A stretch of DNA of 64,000 nt, from NCBI GenBank assembly GCA_017507885.1, contig JAFVZY010000024.1, positions 2,784 to 66,783 of the forward strand. Direction: 5' to 3'. Within the stretch, counting starts at the first letter, position 1. Each line of letters starts with the position of its first letter. The notes beneath the pieces were generated by a model. The model ran no database searches, had not been told where the DNA came from, and worked only from the letters and a program-made list of their open reading frames with translations. The translations under genes were made by a program, and so were the position numbers. Source of the DNA: Candidatus Methanomethylophilaceae archaeon. GTDB lineage: Archaea > Thermoplasmatota > Thermoplasmata > Methanomassiliicoccales > Methanomethylophilaceae. Shown here in pieces: positions 41,673 through 51,037 of this stretch.

Positions 41673-43421
41673 TCACATTCCCCAGAAGGGATCCTCCTTG
41701 CGCTTGATGGCGATGGTCTCATCGAGGGTGAGCTTCTCGTCGTCGTTCAGGTCGAGGTCGGGCAGCTGCTTGACTGCGGACTCGATGAGGTCGACGTAGA
41801 GGACGTCCTCCTCGTTGATCTGCCTGCCGACGGTGACGCCTTCGATTCCGATGGCGACCTCGTCTCCCTGCTTGGCCTCCTTGAGGGTGTCCTCGCCGGT
41901 GTGGATGCTCTTGATCCTTCCGGCGTCGCGACCATCGGGGGTGATGAGGTTCTCTCCGGGTCTGACCCTTCCCGCGAGGATCCTGACCCCGACGATGGCG
42001 GGCTTGCTTGCGCGGAACACGCAGTTGGGCAGGATCTTGAACTTGGCGGGGAAGGAGAACTCGGACCTCTTGTCGGTGTCGGTCTTCTTCTTACTATCGT
42101 CGACCCACTCGATGTAGTCGTCGATGAGCTGATAGACGATCTGACTGGTCATGACCTTCATGCCCTCGTGATTCATCAGCTCGGCCTCGGCGTCCTTGGA
42201 CATGGTGACGTTGAATCCGAGGATGACGGAGTTCTTCTTGTCTCCGTAGGCGGCCTCGACGATGTCCCTGCGGGTGATCTCACCGACACCGTACTTCCTG
42301 ATGGGGATGTCGTTGGCCTTGGCCTCGAATGCCAGGGCCTCGAGTGAACCGATCGCATCGGCCTTGATGGTGATTCCCTTCTCCTGGACCTCGATCTTGA
42401 TACTGGACTCCTCGACCAGTGCCTTGACGGCGGGGTCGTTGGGTCCCTTGACGACCTGGATGGGGGCTCCGGCGATGACGCCCTCGCAGTTCTGACAGGA
42501 GATCTTGACTCCGGCGGCGGCGTGGAGCTCCTTGATGGAGTCGAACCTGTCGCGGGGATCGCGGATCTCGTCCAAGGGCTTTGGTTTCAGGATGGCCTTG
42601 ACCTTGGTGACGACGGGTGCGCCACGGGTTCCGAGTGCCACGGTGTCACCCTTCTTCAGGGTACCGGAGTAGAGGATCATGTCGAGGGTCTTTCCGAGAC
42701 CGCGCTCCTCCTTGATCTCCAAGATGGTTCCCTTTCCGGGCCCCTCACCCTTGGCGAGCTGACTCTCGAGGAAACGCTGTGCGAGTCCGATGAGCACCAG
42801 AAGCAGGTCGGGGACTCCCTCGCCCTCCTTGGCGCTGATGGGGACCAGTGCAACGGCCTTGGTGAAGTCGTCGATCCTGTCGTAACGGTCGGCACCGATT
42901 CCCTGCTCACCGAGCTGGGCGATGACGTTGTAGAGTTTCTCGTTGAAGGCCTCGAGGGTGTGTTCCTGCTGAGTCTTCTCCGAGAGTATGAACGGCCTTC
43001 CCTCCTCGCAGACCCATCCCTGAATGGTGTCCACCTTGTTCAAAGCAATGACGAAGGGGGTCTTGTACTGCCTGAGGATGCGGATGGACTCGATGGTCTG
43101 AGGCATGAGTCCCTCCCTGATGTCGATGACGAGGACGGCGAGATCCGCCAACGATCCTCCTCTGGCACGGAGTGTGACGAAGGAATGGTGTCCGGGGGTG
43201 TCGATGAACAGCAGTCCGGGGACACCGAACTTCTTGGAACCGATGAGTTTGGAACACACCTTGTAGATGTGGTCGATGGGCACCTCGGTTGCTCCGATGT
43301 GCTGGGTGATGGCTCCCGCCTCCCTTGCCTGAACGGACGTTCCTCTTATGCGGTCAAGTAACTTGGTCTTTCCATGGTCGACATGACCGAGGACACTCAC
43401 AACGGGTTGCCTTATCGCCAT
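41673..43421 (-). CDS. infB: Translation initiation factor aIF5B/IF-2
   Basis: [28 protein letters not shown]. Confidence 0.98.
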   Translation of the reverse strand: MAIRQPVVSVLGHVDHGKTKLLDRIRGTSVQAREAGAITQHIGATEVPIDHIYKVCSKLIGSKKFGVPGLLFIDTPGHHSFVTLRARGGSLADLAVLVIDIREGLMPQTIESIRILRQYKTPFVIALNKVDTIQGWVCEEGRPFILSEKTQQEHTLEAFNEKLYNVIAQLGEQGIGADRYDRIDDFTKAVALVPISAKEGEGVPDLLLVLIGLAQRFLESQLAKGEGPGKGTILEIKEERGLGKTLDMILYSGTLKKGDTVALGTRGAPVVTKVKAILKPKPLDEIRDPRDRFDSIKELHAAAGVKISCQNCEGVIAGAPIQVVKGPNDPAVKALVEESSIKIEVQEKGITIKADAIGSLEALAFEAKANDIPIRKYGVGEITRRDIVEAAYGDKKNSVILGFNVTMSKDAEAELMNHEGMKVMTSQIVYQLIDDYIEWVDDSKKKTDTDKRSEFSFPAKFKILPNCVFRASKPAIVGVRILAGRVRPGENLITPDGRDAGRIKSIHTGEDTLKEAKQGDEVAIGIEGVTVGRQINEEDVLYVDLIESAVKQLPDLDLNDDEKLTLDETIAIKRKEDPFWGM

Positions 43422-43482
43422 TAGCTCACCTGTAACAAATGAAGGGTAAGAGGTTTAGTAAATGTTTTGACGGAATGCCGAA

Positions 43483-43938
43483 TCACTCGTAGATCCACTG
43501 GTCCGCGGTCCTCTCGTAGGAGACGAGCTCCTCGGGCCTGAAGAAGATGGAGATCTCCCTCTTGGCGGACTCGACGGAATCGGATCCGTGGATGATGTTG
43601 CAGCCGGTGACCATGGCGAAGTCGCCGCAGATGGTTCCGGGTGCGGAGTCGGCGGGGTTGGTCTTGCCCATGAGGTTCCTGCAGATCGCGACCGCGTTTT
43701 CACCCTCGAGGACCATCGCGAAGACGGGTCCGGAGGTGATGTAGGAGATCAACGAGGGGAAGAAGGGCTTTCCCTTGTGCTCGCCGTAGTGCTGCTCTGC
43801 GGTCTCCTGGGGGATGACCATGAGCTTGACTGCAACGATCTTGAGTCCCTTCTTCTCGAAGCGGGAGAGGATCTCGCCGCAGAGTCCGCGCTGGACCCCG
43901 TCGGGCTTGACCATGAGGTAGGTCTGCTCCATAGCCAT
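43483..43938 (-). CDS. ndk: Nucleoside diphosphate kinase with atypical Kpn-loop cysteines
   Basis: [30 protein letters not shown]. Confidence 0.96.
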   Translation of the reverse strand: MAMEQTYLMVKPDGVQRGLCGEILSRFEKKGLKIVAVKLMVIPQETAEQHYGEHKGKPFFPSLISYITSGPVFAMVLEGENAVAICRNLMGKTNPADSAPGTICGDFAMVTGCNIIHGSDSVESAKREISIFFRPEELVSYERTADQWIYE

Positions 43939-43943
43939 GGAAA

Positions 43944-44165
43944 TCAGGCCTTCTTCTCGGCGGCCTTGAGCCTTGCGGCCTTCTCGATGGCTGCCTTCTC
44001 GGTCCACTCGGTGGTCCTTGCGACCCTCTTGAGCTCGATCATGTTCTTGTAGCACTTGTTGTTATCGAAGAAGAGAACGGTTCCGTCCTTCTTGACGTAC
44101 ATCTTTCCGGTTCCGGGCTCGATGGAGCCACCGCAGAAAGAGCACTTCCTGGTAGTGTCGACCAT
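43944..44165 (-). CDS. rpl24e: 50S ribosomal protein L24e
   Basis: [23 protein letters not shown]. Confidence 0.96.
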   Translation of the reverse strand: MVDTTRKCSFCGGSIEPGTGKMYVKKDGTVLFFDNNKCYKNMIELKRVARTTEWTEKAAIEKAARLKAAEKKA

Positions 44166-44170
44166 TCAAA

Positions 44171-44383
44171 TCACCTCATGCCCAGCTTTCTGGCCTCTCT
44201 GGACGTCTCCCTCAGCATGAGGATGTCGCCCATTCTGACGGGGCCCATGATGTTCCTGGTGATGATCCTTCCCTTGTCGCGTCCATCAAGGACACGGACC
44301 TTGACCTGGGTAGCCTCACCGGTCATTCCGGTCCTTCCTATGATCTCGACGACCTCGGAGGGGATGCTGTCAGTGTCAACCAT
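44171..44383 (-). CDS. rps28e: 30S ribosomal protein S28e
   Basis: [32 protein letters not shown]. Confidence 0.97.
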   Translation of the reverse strand: MVDTDSIPSEVVEIIGRTGMTGEATQVKVRVLDGRDKGRIITRNIMGPVRMGDILMLRETSREARKLGMR

Positions 44384-44393
44384 TCAGCTCACC

Positions 44394-44759
44394 TCAGTTC
44401 TTGAGGGCTTTGACTGCCTGAGCGATCTCTTCGCAGAGTGCCTTTCCCTTTCCGACATCCATGATAGCGATGGAGGCGGTGGGCTTGTCGAGTCCGATTG
44501 CGGATCCGAGCTCGGACTTGCTGGGGACGTAGACGTAGGGAACGTTCCTCTCGTCGCAGAGTGCGGGGATGTGTGCGAGGATCTCCGGGGGCTCGACATC
44601 GACGGCCATGATGACCATTGCTGCGTTTCCGCGCTCGACGGCCTTGGTGACCTCGTTGGTTCCCTTCTTGATCTTTCCGCCGTCCCTTGCAGCCTCGGCG
44701 AGGGAGTAGGCTTTGTCGGAGAGTTCCTTGGGCGTCTCAAATTTAACAAATACGGACAT
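44394..44759 (-). CDS. rpl7ae: 50S ribosomal protein L7Ae
   Basis: [32 protein letters not shown]. Confidence 0.97.
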   Translation of the reverse strand: MSVFVKFETPKELSDKAYSLAEAARDGGKIKKGTNEVTKAVERGNAAMVIMAVDVEPPEILAHIPALCDERNVPYVYVPSKSELGSAIGLDKPTASIAIMDVGKGKALCEEIAQAVKALKN

Positions 44760-44765
44760 TTCAAT

Positions 44766-44806
44766 ACCTCTTTCCGGTGCCCGAAGCACCGTCATCATTC
44801 ATCGGC
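44766..44806 (-). promoter_or_regulatory. Putative k-turn leader of rpl7ae overlapping the Shine-Dalgarno
   Basis: mRNA reads GCC-GAU-GA...CGGUGC-UUCGG-GCACCG...A-GA-GGU; TTATATA TATA box at 44840-46. Confidence 0.6.
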
Positions 44807-44917
44807 TCTTGAAGAGCGATGCGCACTAACTGGTCACCCTATATAATGGATTCTATCCGATGAACGCACGTGCGAATGGGATGTGAAACCATCGGGGCCC
44901 CTGAAGATGATGGATGG

Positions 44918-45664
44918 TCAGAAGTTAATATCGACGCGTTTCACCTTGGCGTAGACCCTGGCACATATGCCACCGAACCATCCGCACTGACGGAACGTCG
45001 AGATGACCACACGGGGACTTATGTGGGACTCCCCTGCGGCCCTCTTGTTGAACTTGTACTTGACCTTGGTGATGTGGAGATCCTTCGGTCCGAATTTCAA
45101 AAGGTCCAGAAGCACCTTCCATCCCTTCATCTCCAACTGATCGAAGTTCTCCTCTATCACGGGGACGAAGACGTCGGTCCTTCCCGCGAAGAGCCCGCTC
45201 ATGACATCCTTGGTCACGGATTTACCACGGAACAGCAGATACACGTCCGCGAATATGTTGAATGCCCAGGAACCGGCCCAACGAACGAATCCCAACGCGA
45301 AGCGGTCCTCCCTGTCCCCGACACAGAGGTCGCAACCGGTCTCCTCCATCTTCCTGTACATGTCGCCCAACGCGGAGGGGGAATGCTGGAAGTCGCAATC
45401 GAAGGTCATGAAATAGTCGGTTCCACACCCGAGGATGCCGTCGAACACACTCGCGGCGAGACCGCTCTTGGCAGGATCCCTGACCACGATCTGGGTCAGA
45501 GGATCGTTGAGTCCCTCGATCAATTCCCTGGACCTGTCCGTGGAGTTATCGTCCATGAACATGATCTTGAAATCCGGATACATCTCGCGAAGACATTTCG
45601 CCATGTTGAGGATGTTCGCCTCTTCGTTGAGGGTGGGAATGACGACCGTGCACGTTCCTGCCAT
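44918..45664 (-). CDS. GT2 glycosyltransferase, polyprenol-phosphate glycosyltransferase (DPM1-like)
   Basis: VVIPTLNE, DDNSTD, FDCDFQHSP, DVMSGLFA, RAAGESH. Confidence 0.9.
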   Translation of the reverse strand: MAGTCTVVIPTLNEEANILNMAKCLREMYPDFKIMFMDDNSTDRSRELIEGLNDPLTQIVVRDPAKSGLAASVFDGILGCGTDYFMTFDCDFQHSPSALGDMYRKMEETGCDLCVGDREDRFALGFVRWAGSWAFNIFADVYLLFRGKSVTKDVMSGLFAGRTDVFVPVIEENFDQLEMKGWKVLLDLLKFGPKDLHITKVKYKFNKRAAGESHISPRVVISTFRQCGWFGGICARVYAKVKRVDINF

Positions 45665-45765
45665 AATATCGGATTGCGGTATCTGAAGCCCGTATATAAC
45701 GAGTGGCACGGAGGGTTTGGGAACGGCAACGATAACCGTTTTTATACGCGTCCTGATTCCCGCCC

Positions 45766-46887
45766 ATGCGCATAGCGATGGTCACCGACAGCTATCACCC
45801 CACGAAGGACGGCGTGGTCACATCGATCACCATAACGCAACGTGCACTGGAGGCCCTGGGTCACGAGGTTTTCATAGTCGCACCGGACCCCGGGGAGGGA
45901 CACCGCATCGACGGCGTGATCTACATCAAGAGCATCAGATTCAAATCGTACGAGGGATACTTCATCCCCATATTCCCCAGCAGGGCGCGTTCCAGACTCA
46001 AGGAACTTGACGTGGACATCATCCACATCCACGGTGTGGCAGTGATGGCTCTGAAGGGGTACCTCATGAGCAGGAGGTTGAGGATCCCGACCGTCATGAC
46101 GTTCCACACCATGGTGGGGGATGTGCTCCAATACTATTCCCCCATCAAATCCCATCTGGATACCATCGAGAAGGCGGCATGGATCTACCTCAAATGGATC
46201 ATCGGCAAGATGGATGCACTGATCACCCCCACACCCGGAATAGGAAAGGAGTTGTGCGAAAGGGTCGTTCCGAAAAGACTCGAGGTCATCCCCACGGGAA
46301 CGGATGCGGAACACTTCCACCCTGGAATAGACGGTGCCGCATTCAGAAAGGAACTCGGTCTCACGGGGAAGGTCGTGTGTTGCGTCGGAAGACTGTCGTT
46401 CGAGAAGAACATCGAGGTCGCCATCCGTGCCATGAGGGATGTGGATGCGACCCTCCTCATAGTGGGCGAGGGACCGAGCAGGTCGTTCCTGGAGGATGTC
46501 GTGAAGGAGGAGGGACTTGATGGAAAGGTGATCTTCACCGGGTTCATCCCCAATGCGGAGGTTTCCAAGGTCTATGCCGCATCGGATGCGCTCGTGTCCG
46601 CATCGGAATTCGAGACACAGGGGCTGTCCGTCCTGGAGGCCATGGCCACCGGGATTCCCGTTGCCTGTCGTGACGCCCGTGCGTTCCACGACATAATACG
46701 TGACGGGGAGAACGGGTATCTGTTCAAGAATCCCGAAGGGTGCGCCGATGCCGTCAATCGGGCGTTGAACGCGTCGGACGATGTCCGCGAAGCGTCCCTG
46801 AGGACGGCACATGAGAATTCCGAGGACGTGGTCGTGGGAAAACTCGTAAAACTATACGAGGAGTTAATCACCGGGAAGGAGGGATGA
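45766..46887 (+). CDS. GT4 glycosyltransferase
   Basis: TDSYHPTKDGV, VGRLSFEKN, ETQGLSVLEAMA. Confidence 0.92.
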   Translation: MRIAMVTDSYHPTKDGVVTSITITQRALEALGHEVFIVAPDPGEGHRIDGVIYIKSIRFKSYEGYFIPIFPSRARSRLKELDVDIIHIHGVAVMALKGYLMSRRLRIPTVMTFHTMVGDVLQYYSPIKSHLDTIEKAAWIYLKWIIGKMDALITPTPGIGKELCERVVPKRLEVIPTGTDAEHFHPGIDGAAFRKELGLTGKVVCCVGRLSFEKNIEVAIRAMRDVDATLLIVGEGPSRSFLEDVVKEEGLDGKVIFTGFIPNAEVSKVYAASDALVSASEFETQGLSVLEAMATGIPVACRDARAFHDIIRDGENGYLFKNPEGCADAVNRALNASDDVREASLRTAHENSEDVVVGKLVKLYEELITGKEG

Positions 46888-47471
46888 ACACGTCTTTGGG
46901 AGATATCATCTACAGCACATTCGGTGACTATGGGGATCTGGGCGTGGTTCTGTGCATATTCCTGATATTCCTCATCGACTCCATGCTTTTCCCGATGCTG
47001 CCCGAGGTGTTCTTCATCCTGGGCTACAACTACAACCCTGTACCGGAATTCGGCGTGATGCTCGTCCTGACTGCGATGCTCGCCGAACTCACAGGTTCGT
47101 TCTCACTGTATTGTCTGGTGAAACACGTGAAAATCCCCGCACGTGTCGAGAAGATTGCCGATTCCTACATAAAATTCCTGATGGTGAGCAGCGAGAAGGT
47201 GTTGCTGTTGAACAGGATAACCCATATGGTCCCCTATGTGGGTGCATTCATGGCCATAATCTCGAAATGGAGTCTGAAGAAGTGTGCCGCCTACATCGCC
47301 ATAGGAAGCGTCCTGAAGTACACGGTCATCCTCATGGCAAGCAACTTCTTCCTCGGGTTCTTCAGTGGAACCATGGCCACAATCGTGACCATGGGGGTCA
47401 TCGTCACGGCATTGTGCATATGCACGGCCTACTCAATCTACAACAAAAAGAAACTGGGGATGATCGAATGA
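46884..47471 (+). CDS. Integral membrane protein (DedA/VTT-like)
   Basis: Several TM segments, FPMLPE and LLLNRI..VP motifs; coupled between two GT4 genes. Confidence 0.7.
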   Translation: MNTSLGDIIYSTFGDYGDLGVVLCIFLIFLIDSMLFPMLPEVFFILGYNYNPVPEFGVMLVLTAMLAELTGSFSLYCLVKHVKIPARVEKIADSYIKFLMVSSEKVLLLNRITHMVPYVGAFMAIISKWSLKKCAAYIAIGSVLKYTVILMASNFFLGFFSGTMATIVTMGVIVTALCICTAYSIYNKKKLGMIE

Positions 47472-48568
47472 GGATAGTGGATGTCAATCCGTTCTTCTTC
47501 CCATACAACGGCGGGATAGAGCACCGCATGCATAGCATGGCCAAGAGACTGGCGGAAAAGGGGCATGACGTCACCATCCTCACATCCCAGTTAAAAGGGA
47601 CGGAATGCGAGGAGAAGGTGGACGGCTACACCGTCATACGCCTGCCGTCCAGGTATCTGAACGTGTACAATCCCCCGTACGTATCCACAAAAGGGGTTCT
47701 CGCCGCCCTTGATTCCCTTGATGCCGAGGTGGTGAACTACAACTACCGCTGGGCACCATCCTGGAACAGGGATCTGGCCCTCTACGGAGGCAGGAAGCTC
47801 TACACATGCCACAACACATGGGGCGAGGGAGTCGGGATACAGGGCAAAATCTCCATGATCAACGACAGGAGGTTCATAGACAACGTCCTGAACACCTTCG
47901 ACCACACGGTCTGTGTGAGCAGGGAACTCCGCAAAGACACCGTATCCATGGGCATACCCCTCGAAAGGACATCCTACATCCCCAACTGCCTGGATGAAAG
48001 CACAGTACCCCACATGGCCCCGGAAGGGGAATACATCCTTTCCCTGGGACGCCTGGTCAAGGTGAAGGGTTTGGAATACCTCGTGGAAGCCATGCGGTAC
48101 GTCGACTGCAGACTGGTGATCTGCGGAAAAGGGCCTGAGGAGAGCAATCTCAGGAAACTTATCTCCAAATACGGTCTCGAGGACAAGGTCGAAATGCATG
48201 GATTCGTGGGAGAAGACGAGAAGCCGTCGGTTATCGAGGGGAGCATGTTCTTCGTGATGCCGTCCCTCTTCGAGGCTTTCGGAATAACCGCGATAGAGAA
48301 CATGTCGTATGGGCGCCCGATAATCCATTCGGGAGTCAACGGATTGGCGGACACAGTCGGGGATGCGGGAATCGTCGTGAACCCCAGGGATCCCAGATCC
48401 ATAGCCGATGGGATCAACACGCTGTTGTCGGACGAGGGGTTGAGGATGGAACTGGGTGCAAAAGCCGTGGAACAGGCGAACAGATTCACCTATGACACCC
48501 ACATCCCCAGATACGAAAGGATTCTCGAAGCAGTGGCATCCGGAGAGGACCCGGACCCAGAGATCTGA
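47468..48568 (+). CDS. GT4 glycosyltransferase
   Basis: PYNGGIE, LGRLVKVKG, EAFGITAIE. Confidence 0.92.
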   Translation: MRIVDVNPFFFPYNGGIEHRMHSMAKRLAEKGHDVTILTSQLKGTECEEKVDGYTVIRLPSRYLNVYNPPYVSTKGVLAALDSLDAEVVNYNYRWAPSWNRDLALYGGRKLYTCHNTWGEGVGIQGKISMINDRRFIDNVLNTFDHTVCVSRELRKDTVSMGIPLERTSYIPNCLDESTVPHMAPEGEYILSLGRLVKVKGLEYLVEAMRYVDCRLVICGKGPEESNLRKLISKYGLEDKVEMHGFVGEDEKPSVIEGSMFFVMPSLFEAFGITAIENMSYGRPIIHSGVNGLADTVGDAGIVVNPRDPRSIADGINTLLSDEGLRMELGAKAVEQANRFTYDTHIPRYERILEAVASGEDPDPEI

Positions 48569-48623
48569 TTTCAAAAAAGGAAACCGCCCTGAAAGGGGCG
48601 TAAGGGGTTTGATCCGATCGTGA

Positions 48624-49550
48624 TCAGTTGACGTAGTCGAGCCAGTCGTCGTACTCGGGAACCTTTCCGGTGACGATGTCGTGGAACCTGGCATGGATCT
48701 TCAGGGTGTTCTCACCGGGCTGCCCGGTTCCGATGTCCCTCTTGTCGATGTTGACGACGGGGACGACCTCGGCGGCGGTTCCGGTCATCCAGACCTCGTC
48801 CGCGGAGACGAGTTCGAACCTGGAGATGGTGGTCTCCTCGACGGGATATCCCATGTCCCTGGCGATCTGGATGATGGAGTTCCTGGTGATTCCCTCGAGG
48901 ATGGACTCGGAGGGGACGGGGGTCATGATCTTTCCATGACGGTAGATGAAGATGTTCTCACCGGTACACTCGGCGACATGACCGACGGAGTTCAGCATGA
49001 GGGCCTCACTGGCACCCTGACTGACGGCCTCCCTCTTGGCGAGGGTCGAGGTTATGTATGCACCGTTGACCTTGGCTCCGGCGGGACCGCAGAGGTTGTC
49101 GGGCCTGTGCCAGGAGGAGGTGATGATCTTGGCTCCGGCGGATGCGGAACCCAGATACGCACCCATGCGGACACAGCAGATGGAGAAGGTGACGGGGACA
49201 CCGATGGGGTTGAGTCCGACCTCCTCACCGCTGAGGAAGATGCAGGGCTTGACGTAGTCGACGCCCTCGCCGTTGGCCCTGACCACGTCCTTGATGGCAT
49301 TCATGATGTCGTCGAATCCGTACTCCTTGCCGTCGAAGACGAGATCGAATCCCATCATCTTGCATCCGTCCATGAGTCTCTTGACATGGTCCTTGAGCCT
49401 GAAGACGGCGGGACCCTTGGGGGTCTGGTAGACCCTGATTCCCTCGAAAACGCCGGTACCGTAGTTGAGTGCGTGGGCTAGAACGTGAACCTTGGCATCC
49501 GCCCAATCGACCAGCTTGCCGTTCAACCATATCTTCTCTGTCTTATCCAT
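48624..49550 (-). CDS. ilvE: Branched-chain amino acid aminotransferase
   Basis: LNYGTGVFEGIR, AKVNGAY, ECTGENIF, LEGITR, TGTAAEV. Confidence 0.95.
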   Translation of the reverse strand: MDKTEKIWLNGKLVDWADAKVHVLAHALNYGTGVFEGIRVYQTPKGPAVFRLKDHVKRLMDGCKMMGFDLVFDGKEYGFDDIMNAIKDVVRANGEGVDYVKPCIFLSGEEVGLNPIGVPVTFSICCVRMGAYLGSASAGAKIITSSWHRPDNLCGPAGAKVNGAYITSTLAKREAVSQGASEALMLNSVGHVAECTGENIFIYRHGKIMTPVPSESILEGITRNSIIQIARDMGYPVEETTISRFELVSADEVWMTGTAAEVVPVVNIDKRDIGTGQPGENTLKIHARFHDIVTGKVPEYDDWLDYVN

Positions 49551-49571
49551 TTGTAACACCTGTTTGGATTT

Positions 49572-49934
49572 TCATAATGCGTTGAGGGCCTTGACATACC
49601 TGTCCGGCCTGCTGCGTTCGATGAGTTCCTCGACCTCGTCGGAACCTCCGACGAGACCGACGTTCCCCTTGGACGTAGATAAAAGGGCATACGCGGATTG
49701 TCCATGTTCCGGAACGAGTTCCACCTCATAGACGTCCTGTAGTTTCTGCAACCTCCCGATGGCGATTTCAGCGAGATGCTTGTCTATGACGGAAAGAACC
49801 ATGCGGGACTTGCCGGGACGCTCGCATTTGCCAACAACGATGGTCTCCACATTGATCTTGTTGCGGGTGAACTCGCCCATGACCCTCTGCATGACACCGA
49901 ACTCGTTTTTGACTATCAGGGAGATAACATACAT
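49572..49934 (-). CDS. ACT-domain protein resembling the acetolactate synthase small subunit
   Basis: ISLIVKNEFGVMQRVMGEFTRNKINVETI...LQKLQDVYEV. Confidence 0.8.
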   Translation of the reverse strand: MYVISLIVKNEFGVMQRVMGEFTRNKINVETIVVGKCERPGKSRMVLSVIDKHLAEIAIGRLQKLQDVYEVELVPEHGQSAYALLSTSKGNVGLVGGSDEVEELIERSRPDRYVKALNAL

Positions 49935-49996
49935 GCTATTACACCTGGAAACCGCACTGGTGCGCGCATACTTATAGTTTGAGAAATGGGCACGAA

Positions 49997-51037
49997 TCAC
50001 TCGTTGCGTAGGATTTCATCGACCGCATCGACGAATGTGAACGTTCCATCCACCTTAAGAGTACGACATCCCAAGGCTCTTCCGAACTCCACGTCCTTGT
50101 CACTGTCACCGATCATGTATGAAACGTACGGGTTGATGCGGTGTTTGGATATCGCCACGAGACCCATGCCGACGCGGGGTTTGCGGCATTGGCAATCCTC
50201 ATCCGGACGATGTGGACAGAAGAACACGTCATCTATGCGTCCACCCGCGGCCTCCACGGATTCGATCATTTTGGAATGGATGGCATCCAATGTATCGAGG
50301 TCGAAGTAACCGCGGTTGATACCGGATTGGTTGGTGACGACGATGACCTTGTAACCGGCATCGTTCAACCTCTTGATGGCTTCGGGAGCCCCGTCGAACA
50401 TGTGGAATTTGGACGGGTCGTCACAATACGGGGAATCCTTTGCAATCGTATCGTCTCGGTCCACCATCACACACTTCTCGCCGAACATCTCGCGCTCGAC
50501 GATTCCACAGATTGTGTGACAGGCGCAGAGGTAACCCTCCTGGATACGGGCGGTCTCCTTGGAAGGGATCACTACAGCCACATCGGCCATCTCACGCATG
50601 ACCCCGCCGTCACCGGTGAAGGATATGGTGATGGCCCCGAGCTCCTTGGCCCTCTCCATTGCAAGGACCACATTTTTGGAATTTCCGGAAGTGGACAGTC
50701 CGACGACGATGTCCCCCTGTCTGCAATGTGCCTCGATCTGCCTCTTGAAGACGAGATCGTAGGAATAGTCGTTTCCGATGGCGGTCACGGGGGCGATGTT
50801 GGAAAGCGACATCCCGGGCATCGCGGGACGGTCCATCATGTATTTACCGGAGAATTCGGCCGCGATATGCTGGGCATCGGCGGACGAACCCCCGTTCCCC
50901 ATGAAGATGATCTTGTTGCCGGCCCTCATGGACCTGGTGATGACCTCCGCCGCCTGGCGAATCTGCTCCGGATCGATGGAGGATATTGTCTCAGCGCTGC
51001 GCTTCAGCTCCGCTTTGATGGAATCAATCATAGGCAT
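49997..51037 (-). CDS. gmhA-gmhB: Fused sedoheptulose-7-P isomerase (GmhA) and heptose-1,7-bisphosphate phosphatase (GmhB)
   Basis: GNGGSSADAQHIAAE, STSGNS and RIQE, then DRDDTI, TNQSGI, CPH..DEDCQCRKP and IGD in one ORF. Confidence 0.92.
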   Translation of the reverse strand: MPMIDSIKAELKRSAETISSIDPEQIRQAAEVITRSMRAGNKIIFMGNGGSSADAQHIAAEFSGKYMMDRPAMPGMSLSNIAPVTAIGNDYSYDLVFKRQIEAHCRQGDIVVGLSTSGNSKNVVLAMERAKELGAITISFTGDGGVMREMADVAVVIPSKETARIQEGYLCACHTICGIVEREMFGEKCVMVDRDDTIAKDSPYCDDPSKFHMFDGAPEAIKRLNDAGYKVIVVTNQSGINRGYFDLDTLDAIHSKMIESVEAAGGRIDDVFFCPHRPDEDCQCRKPRVGMGLVAISKHRINPYVSYMIGDSDKDVEFGRALGCRTLKVDGTFTFVDAVDEILRNE

